Made by a program: the position numbers and the translations under genes. DNA of 64,000 nucleotides from Amoebidium appalachense. Lineage: Eukaryota > Protista > Ichthyosporea. The notes under the pieces were generated by a model that made no database searches, was not told the origin of the DNA, and saw nothing but the letters and a program-made list of their open reading frames with translations. Of the stretch, positions 30,193 through 64,000 are shown piece after piece (position 1 is the first letter of the stretch; each line of letters opens with the position of its first letter). Where the stretch lies: positions 1,302,001-1,366,000 of the forward strand of contig CAVNZM010000012.1 in assembly GCA_963693365.1 (NCBI GenBank). The letters are read 5' to 3'.

Positions 30193-33100
30193 ATGGTGCT
30201 GTATTTTTTTTCGACAGTGTTAGCGCTCTCTTCTTCCACCTTTGCAGATGTATTTCCTACAAGCATACAAGGGCAACCATGCACCGAAATGGCCCCATGC
30301 CCCATATGCATCACCATAAACTACCAACCAACAAACCTCACCTGTGAAAACAACCTGTGTTGCTTCACCAACCCCCAGCGACTATATACCACAGGAGAGG
30401 CATGCATATGTAACGGAGACTGTCAAGACGGTCTCCTATGCAAAAACCAAACATGCGTCGACCCATCCTCGCTTCCTGGACCATCCCCCACGAAATCTCA
30501 AACGAAGCCCGCAGCTGCATCTGTAAGCAATGGGATTAGCACTCCTGTTGTGTGTGCTGCCGTTCTAGTCCCACTTTCTCTCGTTGCAATAGGATGTGGT
30601 TTTGCATACCGCCGAGCGAAGAACAAGCGACGTGAGAGCAGAAATCAACCCACGGCCAGCGCGATAGCTCTCGAATTACCAAGCAACCATTACGATTTCT
30701 TCCTATCAAAAGGCACGGCAAGAGGTACACTTTCCACCTACCCTCACAGACACAGCACCACACACCAGCACAAACACCCCCGTGTGTGGCGTCTGTAGCC
30801 TTCGCCGACGACACAACATGGTTTGGCCCCAACAAGGAGAGCATCTAGCAAACTCTCGACTTATCTGCCCCCTTTTTTTACTACCATGACTTGGAACCAC
30901 ACCCAGACAAGTTTTCAGTCCTCGCCCGTGGTACCCCAACACGGGCAACAGTGGCCCCCCCTGCAGTACCGCAAATCCCCGGGAGCACCACCCCTACCCA
31001 TTCAGATCGAGCCCCCCGATGCGCACATCAGAGTGCTAGGGGTCAACATCACCCTCCAACGACACACCCGGCCCAACGATGGGAAGGCCATGCAGCTGAC
31101 ATTACGGGCCACCACCATACTAGCCCGTAAAATGCTGGCACCCAGCCAAGTGATCTACGTAGCCAACAGTGTGGTGGCCCCGGCCATCCTCTTCCTCCTC
31201 AAAGGGTCAGTCACCAGCAACACCACCATGCAGGTAATCGACAGCAAGTGGAGAGACCTACTCCGTCGGAAGTGTGGTTTCCACCGGAGCACCCCGTCCG
31301 GGCTGCTATGTACACCATCCCACTCTAGGGGGACTGGCCAGCATCATCGAATCAGCAGCCAGCACCATGGTTACGGAGGCTATGTGCCCTGCTGGAAACA
31401 CCAGGACCAGCAAGGGACGTGGTCCGGTACCGAGCCTGGCAGCAGCAACACGTGACAGGCCTACCCTACCCACCCCTGCAAGCACCCCCAGCCAAACTTT
31501 ACAGGCTAGGGGAAAAGCAGGTCCACAACTATTGGGCCCATATCACAGGGATCCTTCACGAGCGGCACCTGGGTATTGGGGAAACCCCCCCCCAAAAAAC
31601 ACAAGTCCCCCCACCCCACCCCCACCCCCTCCCCCCAAGGAGAAGGAGGGGAAGCAGCAACAACAACCAGCACCCCTATCAACACCGCTTTCCCGGACCA
31701 CACCTTTGCGGCCCACATCGGCCCCCACACACCCCCCCGTCAACTCTACACGGTGGAGGACACCATGGTACGGCCGGGGGTGTTCCGGGCGTTCCCCGAA
31801 CTGCCCCACCCCCCAGACCTACTACACCCGGGAGCTACACAGTGGTGCAGGTCCATCATCAAGGGGGCCACCCCCATCGCAGCCCAACTATGGCCAGCAC
31901 CCAGACCACACACCCACCACACCATTGACCTCGTGGCAAACCACCCCGTCGGTGCATTCGTGGTGGAAATAGTCAAGAACGGGCAATACGAACTCAGCCA
32001 GGTGGTGGCCCACACCACCCACAACGGGGAGGCTTGGGTCAAAATAGCCCATCTATGGGACAACGTTAACACAGAGGAGGAGGGGCTGAGATATTACCGA
32101 CCCACGTGGAACGACCCACATGGAACAGCCCATTTCCGTTTTTGCCCCGGTGACTGCAAATACGGCCACTCCCCATGGAACCTGGCCTACACCCCGGCCA
32201 CCCTCTCCTCCAGCCCCGGGTACGCAGACGGAGAGGGGGAAGGGTCAGACACGGAGCCAGAATCGGAGTCGACGGGGCCCAGCGACGACTCCGACGACTC
32301 AGAGGACTCTAGCACCGACAGCACCAACAGCAAATACGAGCCCCCTGGGCCCCCAGCCGATAACCACACCCACAACAAGCAGTGTGTGGGGTGGACCCGT
32401 GCTGTGGAGGTGATACGGGCAGACCCTTACGTGGCCTTCAAGACCCGAATCACCACCCACATGGTAGTCCCGAAGTACCACAAGGACTTCATCAACACCG
32501 ACAGCATCGACATCTACCAAGTCATCACACTGATGGATGGCTCCGATCCGGCCGAGCAGTATACGGACGGCAGCCTCATCCACCCGGGCAGGAGGATAGC
32601 CCAGGCCGGAGCCGGGGCTGTGCTGGACACCCCGGACCGGAAAGCACCACCAGTGACGGCCAAGACCAGGCTCCATACGGCCCTATCATCCACCCAAGCC
32701 GAACTCACAGGGGTACTACTAGCCCTCCTGCTCACCCCCACCACCACCCCCATCCACATCAAGCTCGATAACCTCGGAGTAGTCGACCGATGGGGGGCAA
32801 ACATGGACCCCACCACACCCCCTCGACGTAAGCTAAAGTTCCCCCACATAGTGGAATCACTGCTCCCAGCCGAACGGAACCCCCTCAAGCTCAACAAGGG
32901 GCCCGCACAGGCAACCATCGGGACCGTCAGAGGCAACATTCGTAGCCTGTCCCTGGCCATGGGCACTCTGCCTACCATGACACGGCTACACCGAGATCAC
33001 CCCACCGTCGTTACACAGCCCACATGCCCCCGGTGCAGCCAGCACCCTGAGACCACCACCCACCTCTGGGCCTGCCCGGCCCATGCCGGGGAGGTCCCCA

Positions 33101-34335
33101 CCCTGACCACGGCCCTCACAGCCTGCATCCACAGCGTCCTGCACACCCGTCATCCAAACACCCCCACGGCACAGCACCACTATACGACAGCCACGGTGGT
33201 AGACCAATGTGCATGGATAAACTGGATAGGAGGCAACGGTGACCCACCAGACCCCGAGGACATCAGGTGGTTCGAACGGGGATTCTGCCCACGATCGGTG
33301 GCCATGGGCCCACTACTTGCAGCCACCGGCACCACCAAGACCACCACCCGGGCCATCCTAGGAAAAATCACAGTAGAGTTGCAGTCCTTTTTCTTTTCAA
33401 AAATTTGGCACCCACGGAACACAACACTCCCCCCCACCCACCCCAAAATGCAAAAACACCACCATATACCCACCACCCGTAGAAAGAAAAGGATGGCTCC
33501 CCAAAAACCCAAGACACCAACAAATACACCCCCCACACACACCCGTCCAGCCTGTTCTGACTGCCGGAACACACACAGACCCAGTGTGCCCTGTAAAACC
33601 CACCTTTTAGTCTACAAAAACATCGCCACAACATACGTACAACAACACATAATGTTAGGCAGCAACCCCCCCCCCCCACCACCACCACCACACCCCATCA
33701 TCCACCCATACCCACCGTAAATACTATACACAACACTTAGGACTTCCCAGTACTGTAGATCGACCAATGAGAGCGCTCGGTTAAAGTTTATTGCTAGGTT
33801 TTGAATGGAGGGGAGGACTGGAGCCTCCTGCCAGCGTGGCTGGGGTAGTAGCCCTGGGCAAAGTGTGTACTTATAGTTAGGTTGTGAAGGATGGTTTAGC
33901 TTACAGGCTGAGCTGAACTCATAGATAGCACCTTAACTAGTGGTGCTATCTTAACTAGTGTACTGTCGGTGCTGTGTGGTAGACGGTAGTTTCCCTAGAG
34001 GGCCTGAAAAGGCCCGCCGGGAACAAAACGTGATAAAATAAAATATATATAAAAATTACGATTTCTTCGAGTTTCCTCCCTTGGGCATGCATGGCATTGC
34101 GCAGATGCGAACAACGGAAACGTTTGTTATTGATGATTCCAGTGATATTGATGTGTCGTCGACGTACATGCACTCCTCGGAAAACTATCAGTTTATCGCT
34201 GGAAGTGAATTCGTGCTCAAATCACCAGCACCCGCATATAAGGTACAGAGGCAATCTAACTTCGGAGGTGAACTAGGGGTTTCTTCTACAGAAACACTGA
34301 GTTTGTGTTGGGGAATGACTTGCAACGGCAGATGA
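30193..34335 (+). pseudogene. Type I membrane protein (signal peptide, Cys-rich ectodomain, TM, Tyr-bearing tail) interrupted by a retrotransposon
   Basis: 30193-30702 (170 codons) plus 34069-34335 join in frame after removing the element and one TSD copy, giving 258 aa; TM VVCAAVLVPLSLVAIGCGFAY followed by RRAKNKRR. Confidence 0.8.
30703..34054 (+). mobile_element. 5'-truncated, decayed non-LTR retrotransposon with RT end, RNase H and zf-RVT-like finger
   Basis: VAFADDTTW near 30795-30820, IRVLGV, RNase H YTDGS..AGAG..SSTQAEL..KLDNLGVV, LPT..CPRC..ETTTHLWAC; A-rich tail at 34036-34054; 14-bp TSD ATTACGATTTCTTC at 30689-30702 and 34055-34068; internal stop and frameshifts. Confidence 0.93.
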
Positions 34336-34724
34336 CGGTGGTGGATCATGTGAGAGATTGCAAGAAAACTATTTTTTAGAAAGTTTTCAAGTTTTTTTTT
34401 TTTTTTTGAATTAGCGCTAATATTATACCTTGGAGACACTGTGTCAATTGTATGCTCACATATATACACTGTGTACACCCTCAGCAGTATCATACTATTC
34501 GTTGCAGCGATGTACCAACACTTGCACTATTGCAAATGCCCAAAACACCGGACAAACCCCGGTTAACGTATACGTGCAAAGCACTACAAACAAGCCGAGT
34601 TTAATATTGGTATTACACTGTGACATATGTGCACTTCGGGACTGTTACACATACACCACACCACGGAAAGACATTAAGTTACTACGTGGAAGCACTCAGT
34701 CTGAGTCACACACACACACACTTG

Positions 34725-34811
<87 letters not shown>

Positions 34812-35626
34812 ACGCGCACGCACACACACACACTGTGACACACACACACAAACCACACACACACACACACACACGCACACACACACACACACATGAGTAC
34901 GATGCTATGATGAAATGTCCTTAACCTGCACATGGCGTCTTGACACTATTTTGGCAGATCTTCCCGTTGTTGTTTACATCCCAGCCTGAGAAGAGCTCGG
35001 TACAAACGACACGTACATCAATGGTATTACTTTAACGCTGTACACATGTTACGTGCTGCTGTTATGGGCAATAGGCCATGAGTCTACATATATATAATCG
35101 TATACGTTTTATCATTTCTTTTGAAACAGACGGAGAAGAAATTTAGAAGGGAAAACCTCGAATTCGCACAAACTACATAGCTCATAGATCATCAGTCATC
35201 AAGGCTTAGCCATTGCAGAGAGGAAACTTTCACAACATCATTCGTAAACCTATAAAGACGATACTTGTTTATATTATAACTTTTCCTGCATTTCGTAGTT
35301 ACCGGGTTGTTTATGTTCGAACGTGTAAATCCAGAATGTGTTACCTATACCCATCTGACCGACATCTACAGTAACCCTACCTCGCATGATTTAGAAAATG
35401 AATAAAAAACACCAATAAAGTGCCCTTGAGGTAAACTTCAACCATTCACTGACTCAATAGCAACCTCATGACCCACTACGATGCCCCCCCCCCCCCCCCC
35501 CCCTCCCTCTCCCTTCTAGCGCATCGATCAGCGTCATGGGCACATCAAGGGTAGATGCGCTTACTCTCTCTCTCTCATTCCGTGCCGCTTATCCCTGCTT
35601 ACTCTTGCCATTTCATTGGTGGCCAG

Positions 35627-47404
<11,778 letters not shown>

Positions 47405-47418
47405 CTAGAGAAAAGAGG

Positions 47419-47500
<82 letters not shown>

Positions 47501-47555
47501 GGGGGGGGGGGGGGGGAGGGAGGGAGGGCGGGGGGGGGGGGGGGGGGGGGGGAGG

Positions 47556-47607
<52 letters not shown>

Positions 47608-48277
47608 GAGAGAGAGGGAGAGAGAGAGGAAGAGAGAGAGGGAGAGAGAGAGGGGGAGGGGGAGAGAGAGCGAGAGAGAGAGAGTGTGTGTGTGTGTGTG
47701 TCTGTGTGTGTGAGGGGGAGGCAGGGGGGAGAGAGAAAGAGAGGGAGGGAGGGAAGGAGGGAAGGAGGGAGAGAGGCAGAGAGAGAGAGGGAGGGAAAGG
47801 GGGGGAGGGGGAGAAGTGTGTGCGTGTGTGTGCACGCGCAAGGGATAAAGAGAGAGAGAGAGAGTATGTGTGTGCATGTGTGAGCCTAGCGGGAGGAGGG
47901 GGGGAGGGGGGGGGGAGAGGGGAAGGTGGGATGGAGAGAGAGGGCGGGAGAGAGTGAAAGGGAGATAGAGAAAGAATAAAAAGAGACGGGGGGAGGGGGC
48001 AGGGGGCAGGGAGGAATGCTTGTTGTTTCCACCCGTGAGGAGAAGGAAATGCCCATGTGGTAGAATTTACAAACCGAGAGAGAGGGTTGACGAAGGGAGA
48101 GGAGAGACACCATGCTACTGAAGGGGTCACATGATGGAGCAGCAGCACATAGGCCCCCAGGGGTGAGGGGTGGGTGAGGGGGGAAGGACGGTTGGGGAGG
48201 GGCGAGAGGGTCTGGGGGCTGGGGGAGGGGAGGGAAGGGGTGAGGGGCTGGGGGGAGGAAGGGAGGGGGGGGGGGAA

Positions 48278-48312
<35 letters not shown>

Positions 48313-49787
48313 GTTAGGGGAGGAAGGAGGCATCAGGCTACTGTCTCATAGATAATGAAGGTGAGTTGCACGTCGTGTGAGATCTTCATTTTCGAAAGTC
48401 TTCACCTTTGGCCAGGAATACAAGAGGTCCGCGGGGTTGTGCCGGCAGCTGCACACGGCTTTGCATGGTTAACAGGCTGTGTGACTGTGTAGAAGAGCGG
48501 GTGTGTTGAGTGTAATGGGCTAACTTAGAAACTGCATCACTTAGTCATGTTAGGTAGATACATTAGCACCATTATATCAGAACAATAATCACTACATATA
48601 TATGTGATTGTCTCCCTCCGAGGCTTGCTCACTCGGTCCGCTGCGACGACTCGTCTAAGCTTTCGCGATTGCGCAAACAATTTGGAATGCAGTGCTGGTG
48701 CGGTCAGCTGGGGGCCTGACCCCCAGTCATATGTGGACTTCTTTTATATATACCTATGTAGATAACAGACATTGTTTTCGTTTAATATTATACAATGTGT
48801 AAAATCTCAAATAGTAACGTCTGACACTTTGCAAAGTGGTCTAGGGACAGAGCAACTCACTGAGTCAATAAGTTACTCGGTGTGAGGGCTTTGCAAAGTT
48901 TGGAATCAGGAATGTGTCTGCGATGGTTTGATTGGTTAATTCAATTCTTCTGGTCTCCTAATACACTACCAATGACTATGGGGTGTATCATGATCGTGAA
49001 ATGTTTTTCTTTTGACTCGGGTTTATTGATCCGTTGATGAAGGCAACGTGCAGCCACAGGCTACATAACCACCAATAGAACTGAAAAAGCCAAGGCTACG
49101 AAATAAAAATAAAGCGACAAGTGGCAAAGGACACCAGCGGGCAAAACCGTAAGTGTACGTGTATGCGTGAAACTAGTTTGCTCCAACTAGTCATATGCAT
49201 CGATGTTGACCAGACCACAGTCTGCAAGAAGACATCATTACTGCTCCTTCCAAACAGGCCCCCCTCAAAACCTATCGAGGCACAGCAAGCAAGTCAGCCT
49301 CTAAAAGAACAATGCAAATCAAATCTGAGCTAAAAAAACAATCCCAACGGGCCCGGCCCCTAGATAACCCGGAGAAACTGCATCTAGCTCTCTGATAAGG
49401 TGGCCTAGTTGTGGCAGGACACACAGAAAAACACAATCACAGAATGCATGCAAGCAAACCCGGTCATTGCCATACGACTGGAGGCTAAGGACTGGCAGTC
49501 ACTTGGAAAGCTCCCCGACGACCAAGTAGCCGCCCCTCCACTCACGCAGCGCAGAAGTAGCTGAAGAAGTTGCAGCAGCCCACCGCCAATAGGTCGCGTA
49601 GAAGCGTAGACAGCGTGTAGAAGTTACCATAGGTTGCAGTGGACCACCAGGCGTTGAACAAACCACTTCTCAAGCGAGAAACTCCGCGAAAGGGAGATGC
49701 CCCCACACTCTCACAGCCGTAGGAATACACCAGGCCACACCACACACACGCTGCAGTCACGTTCCCCTGACTGGGACTCCCTCCCAC

Positions 49788-49979
49788 CACAAAAAGAAGA
49801 AACAAAAGCCTTTATATACCTGCCATGGTGAAGAATCGGGAAAAAAAGTTGACGTGACAGCTAAGAGATCGAAGTGAAGGTGAATTTCACAAAAAGAAGA
49901 AACGAAAGCCTTTATATACCTGCCATGGTGAAGAATCGGGGAAAAAAAGTTGACGTGACAGCTAAGAGATCGAAGTGAA
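49788..49979. repeat. Near-perfect ~100-bp tandem duplication in the intergenic region
   Basis: CACAAAAAGAAGAAAC.AAAGCCTTTATATACCTGCCATGG...GATCGAAGTGAA at 49788-49878 and 49888-49979. Confidence 0.9.
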
Positions 49980-50704
49980 AGTGAAGTTCGATTGCGTAAC
50001 AGTTGAGCGGTAGTTCGTTGATGATTTCCAATTTTCAAGAATCAATGGCTCTAAACATTGCAGTGAAATATAACTCACAAATTTTTTTTCATAGTTCTAG
50101 AACCATAATAACAATGTATAAGTGTCTATGGCTGGTACTAGTCTTAAATTAGTTTCGAATTCATCCGAAAAGCAGGGTTTCCATTTCCAAATTTCCGATT
50201 TGTAACTTTTCAAGCTCCACATAAAGAAGTCTTGGGTGTCAATAAAACGGGTGCGATTTTAGCCAATCCTCTAAACTGTGACAGTTGTACAGTAACGGGA
50301 CAAAGAAAACGTAGCCTAGCCAAGACTACAGCTAAGAGTGCTGCCAAAATACAACTCAAATAACAGACGAAACTAATTAGCATAAAGATATGTAGGCTTG
50401 TGTATAGTATCAAACAGTTACAATCTGCTGAATACATATAGGTGAAAGTCAAGAACCAATCTGACAAGTGAAGTCTGACGGGGCATGCAGAGTCTGGCAA
50501 CACAACTCCAAGCAGAGTCTGGCAACACAACTCCAAATCAATCACCAAAGCCTTTTAAATTCCGTGCACCGTAGACAAGTAGACAGCAGAAAAAAAGAAA
50601 TATACACGACCGCTAGAACGCTGTTAGACGCCAAAAAGTTTTCATTCTTTCGTGAAGGAGTATAGCAAATGAATTGTCAGCCGTTAGCTTGCCTTGGCTG
50701 AAGA

Positions 50705-59802
<9,098 letters not shown>

Positions 59803-60080
59803 GATGGATGTATGACGTCATTTTTTAGCTCTCAGAGATTGTTTTCCCACCCTTTTGGGGTTATTAATTAGTTATCTGTATCATGTGCTACATACCGTTT
59901 TTTTGTTATTATTATGATGATGTATCGGTAGATTTTGGGTTTTTTTTTATACTTTTTGTGGGTTGATTGGTTGGTTTCTACCATTAGTGTTGTTACGACC
60001 TTATTATTTTGTGTTTCTCTGTAGTGGTGGTGGTGGTGTGTGTGTGTGTGTGTGTGTGTGCGTGTGTGCGTGTTGGGGTG

Positions 60081-60111
<31 letters not shown>

Positions 60112-60538
60112 GTGGGGGGGGGGGGGGGGGGGGGGGTATGTGGTGGTGGTGGTGGTGGTGTTGACATTTGTTGAGTGCCACTGGGAACGGGGCAAAAACC
60201 CATTAGTCGATGTCGGTAGTAATACTGCCATATGCAGGCACATTAGGAATGCGCGAAGGAATAAGAAAATGTAGCACTAAGTACATAATATAGCACTAGG
60301 TAGCAATACGTACGTAATATAGCTAATCAATTAATATAGCACTAAGTACTTAGTTAATATTATAAATCTTAATGTAGCACTAAACTCTAAGAGATTTAGC
60401 ACCAGGCATGAAGGTCTGGTAAACTTGGTGCGATGAGGCAGATAAAAGGCACCCCATATCTTTTTATGAACCTGAGTAGACCTTATTGGGCGGGGGGGTG
60501 AGAAGGGGGGGGGGGGGGGGGGGCAGTGATACGGTGTT

Positions 60539-60585
<47 letters not shown>

Positions 60586-61332
60586 CTACTCAAACTGAAA
60601 GATGTGCATTCTAGGCATTACAATAAAACTGTATTGGTATATATACATACAATTACCAGAAGTATCAGAATAGTTTACCATTATGATCACCATTCATATG
60701 CCTGTGCAGTGGTTTCTCAATAAGCTTATGACACTTCGACATCAAGCAAAGGCGCAAATTGTTTCAACACCGCTTTATTCCTTTGTGTATTACTTTAATA
60801 GTCAATAAAGATTTATTACTTTCTCGTTGAAATTGTGGTGTGTACACTCACCTGTCGTAAATAGATTGCTGCAAATAGAATCGGATGCACACGTATCCGC
60901 GGCCGATTCAAGCCGGTAAGTTCTAGCTTTAGTGCACAAAAACGCTACATATTGGCTATGAAGGTGCGCTCGTAGTCGAAGAAATATTTTCCACTGCAGT
61001 GCATGCTTAATATCATGGGGACCATTACATACCAAAGCATTCAAATGGGTACATGTACATGCCTCGTGTGAACAGCATTGCTCTTTCTTATCAGATATAT
61101 ACTTTTGCTGTATTGGAGACACACAATTGTCGCGAACGCATTTGTGTGTGTGGCCCCTGTGTTAGCTAGTGTGTAAATCTCAGATGCAAGTCTCCCCCCC
61201 CGAACCCCCCCCCCCCCCCCCCCCCCCCCAAAAGTCTCTCCCCCCTCCCCCCCCTCTCGGGCCCACCGGCCCCCTCCCACCCATATGTACATAAGAACCC
61301 CCATGGCCACTCACATGTATACAAGTCTCTAC

Positions 61333-61364
<32 letters not shown>

Positions 61365-61654
61365 CACGTGTGCGTGTGAGCACATGCGGCGCCTATTAGT
61401 ACCTATTCATTTATTAGTGTACTCTGGGGCAGTGCACATTAATATTGTCAAGTCACACGACGTCTATCGTTGTGCATCTGTGTACAACTTGCAATGCTAT
61501 TTGTTAGGAGAAACACGGAGGGCCGGCACCTTCAACCATATGCATGTCACACAATAAAGGGGTCACCGTGGTCTTAGTGACTGTGTGAGTGCGTATGAGT
61601 CCGCGTGTGTGTGTGTGCGCGCGCACACTCGCGTGTTTGTGTTTTTGTGTTTTT

Positions 61655-61743
<89 letters not shown>

Positions 61744-62551
61744 GGGGAAGAGGGGGAAGGGGGCATCGAGGCAGGGCGGGGGAAGGGGGGGGGGGGGGGG
61801 GGAGGGGCAGGGGGAAGGAAGGGATGGGAGAGGGATGGGGAGGGAGGGAAGGAAATGGATACATGATCACATCTTTTTTATTTACGATCCATATCGTGTT
61901 CACTTCAACTGCTATACCTGCTCATGTCCGTTTATACTCAAGTACGTATGGGCCACCGCCATTAGGCATTCATTCATTCCATCTATACTACATTCGAAAA
62001 ATCCGTAAAAATCCCTTTGAATAACAACAACAAACAATAATTATACAAGCAGATCAGTGTTCAGGAGAACAAACCCCCCCCCCCCCCTGAGGGGGGGGGG
62101 GGGGGTTGGGTTTGGAAGAAAGGAACAAAAAAAAAGGGCTCTTAAAAATTTGCCCCTCCGCATGCGTAGCAGCAGCTTTGCATTCATTAATTGTTATATT
62201 TTTTTAACATTTTGAAGTTATAATATAATACCAATATATATACAGCTCACCCTTCCCCTGTTCGAACCAATACATACAATCCACAAGGCCATACGGTTAT
62301 TATGAAATTGATTGCCAACGTTCCCCTTCCCGTGGTTGTTAATATAAGAACATACGTGTGTGCAGGTGCAATTTCTGCAACAAACATACACATGCATTTT
62401 AAGTGTCAAACCCAACACGTTACACTTTGTTTTTGCAGGTATGTGAATGGATACATCCTTTCGTCCAAGTACGCAAAGGGAGGTGAGGGGGGGCAAAGGG
62501 GGGGGGGAAGGCAGGGAGGGGGGGTTTGGGGGGAGGGTGGTAATGGACGTG

Positions 62552-62648
<97 letters not shown>

Positions 62649-62793
62649 GTGTGTGTGCACCCACATTGGTGAGTGTGTATGCGCGTGTATGTATGTTCGT
62701 GTATGCACACACACATGCACGTGTGTGCAATCCGTGCGCGTTTAGAACCGGGAGAGGTGAGAGGGGGGGGGGAGGCTGATCTTTCGCCGGCTT

Positions 62794-63307
62794 TCATGAG
62801 GAGTTCTTTCCTGGCTGGGCCAAAGCATCACTTATTGAATCCAGCTCTTTGCTCAGTCGTAGAAGAGATGCCGTGTCAAGCTCAAGACAAAGAGGAGCAG
62901 ACTGGAGAGGAAAACACGGCCCGTTTAGGTTAAGAATCGTACGGGCAAAATGGGTGTACATTTATGTGGGGAAATGGAAATGAGATATCGTACAAGGTCG
63001 GAGAAAAGTGGAAAAGTGATTTTGTGTGCATGTGTTTGTGTTTGTGTTTGTGTTTGTGAAAGCTAAGTGGACGCGCAGGGGGGATTTGGTAGAGGACTTT
63101 GCTGTAGGCAGGAAAGAAATGGCGCCTACTCAGGGTGTGTGCGTGTCTGAGTGTGTGTGTGTGTGGAAAGGGGAGGGAGGGAGGGGGGAGGGAAGGGGGG
63201 ATTCAAGGAGGGACGTGGCAACAGGGAAACAAAAACACACAAAGAGCATACAGGCACCGGAAGTTGGCCGAGCCGGTGGTGGTGGTGGTGGTGGTGGTGG
63301 TGGTGGT

Positions 63308-63349
<42 letters not shown>

Positions 63350-63516
63350 AGGGGAACGCGGAAAGGGAGGGGGGGGTCTATTCTAACTTTCCGCACCAAT
63401 ATAATATTAACAGCGGCACGTGGCCTGAACCAAGCAGGTTGCATGCAGTAGCAAGAACCAAAAACGCTTCTCCCAACCAAGGGACAGGAGTGCTTTTTCT
63501 TTCATGCCCCCCCCCC

Positions 63517-63555
<39 letters not shown>

Positions 63556-63588
63556 TTTTTTTTTTTTCTTCTTCATTTTTTTTTTTTT

Positions 63589-63619
<31 letters not shown>

Positions 63620-63740
63620 GGGGGAGGGGGGGGGGGAGCAATTTTCACACCTGGTAATTGCTATTTGGTTTGCTGCAATCGAACTGAACAACTGCCACAG
63701 CTTCCTGATTGGTCACATCTTGACCCCTCAGCTCAACACG
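62794..63740 (-). CDS. COMMD1: COMM-domain protein, last two exons (COMMD1-like; gene extends beyond the right edge)
   Basis: Exons 63651-63740 and 62794-62901 join in phase 0: RVELRGQD..AVAVVQFD..SAPLCLELDTASLLRLSKELDSISDAL*, resembling COMMD1 WRVD..PVAIIEL..FLCLEFD. Confidence 0.72.
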
Positions 63741-64000
63741 CTGCACAGAGGGAAAAGAAAAAAAAGGGGAAAAAATGGAGGGGGGGAGAGGGAGGGAGGG
63801 GGGGGGGGGGGGGGGGGGGGGGGAGGGGTGGAGAGAAAGAGAGGAAGGAAGGGAGAAGGGAGGAAGGAAGAGAGGGAGTGAGGGAGGGAGAGGGGGAGAG
63901 GGTAATGAAAGGGAGGGAGCGAGGGAGGGAAACAGGGAGAGGGGGGATGGGGGGGAGAGGGAGGAGTGGGAGGGTGGGACCTAGGAGGGAGGGAGAGAGG

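Noticed and set aside
30688-30708. YDFFLS after a TM helix, suggesting TIR-domain box 1 (TLR-like receptor)
   Set aside because: The TSD shows that LS comes from the retroelement; the native continuation is YDFFEFPP with no TIR motifs.
33923-33960. Helitron 3' end (hairpin plus CTAGT)
   Set aside because: It lies inside the TSD-bounded LINE, the spacing is atypical, and there is no Rep/helicase trace.
49980-50000. GTTCGA B-box-like motifs suggesting a tRNA or tRNA-SINE (also 2882, 33269)
   Set aside because: No cloverleaf or A-box at the proper spacing.
62445-62460. GTATCCAT on minus as a second U12 donor
   Set aside because: Mismatch to GTATCCTT, no clear branch site and no supported exon.

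Overview
Intron-rich eukaryotic genomic DNA, probably from a unicellular opisthokont or holozoan-like lineage (inferred from gene content, not determinable here). Introns are saturated with (CA)n/(GT)n and long poly-C/poly-G tracts, so almost all six-frame ORFs are repeat artefacts. By manual exon assembly I recover: purF exon 1 (-), an MDR/enoyl-reductase-like oxidoreductase (-), a lesioned DJ-1/Hsp31-family gene (+), U1A/U2B''/SNF (-), COA3 (-), ARPC5 (+), a single-pass Cys-rich membrane protein gene (+), an At5g24750-like UDP-glycosyltransferase (-), a DH-PH RhoGEF (+) and the 3' end of COMMD1 (-). The most notable structures are (i) a tandem array of three ~135-nt H/ACA-shaped RNAs in the last intron of the U1A/SNF gene, with a second conserved repeat family in intron 3; (ii) a U12-type AT-AC intron in ARPC5; (iii) a 3,352-bp 5'-truncated RNase H-bearing non-LTR retrotransposon with a perfect 14-bp target-site duplication, whose removal restores a 258-aa receptor-like ORF; and (iv) a transcription-oriented, intron-confined bias of C/CA tracts. 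Single-base lesions in some genes may be assembly errors. No database searches were run.
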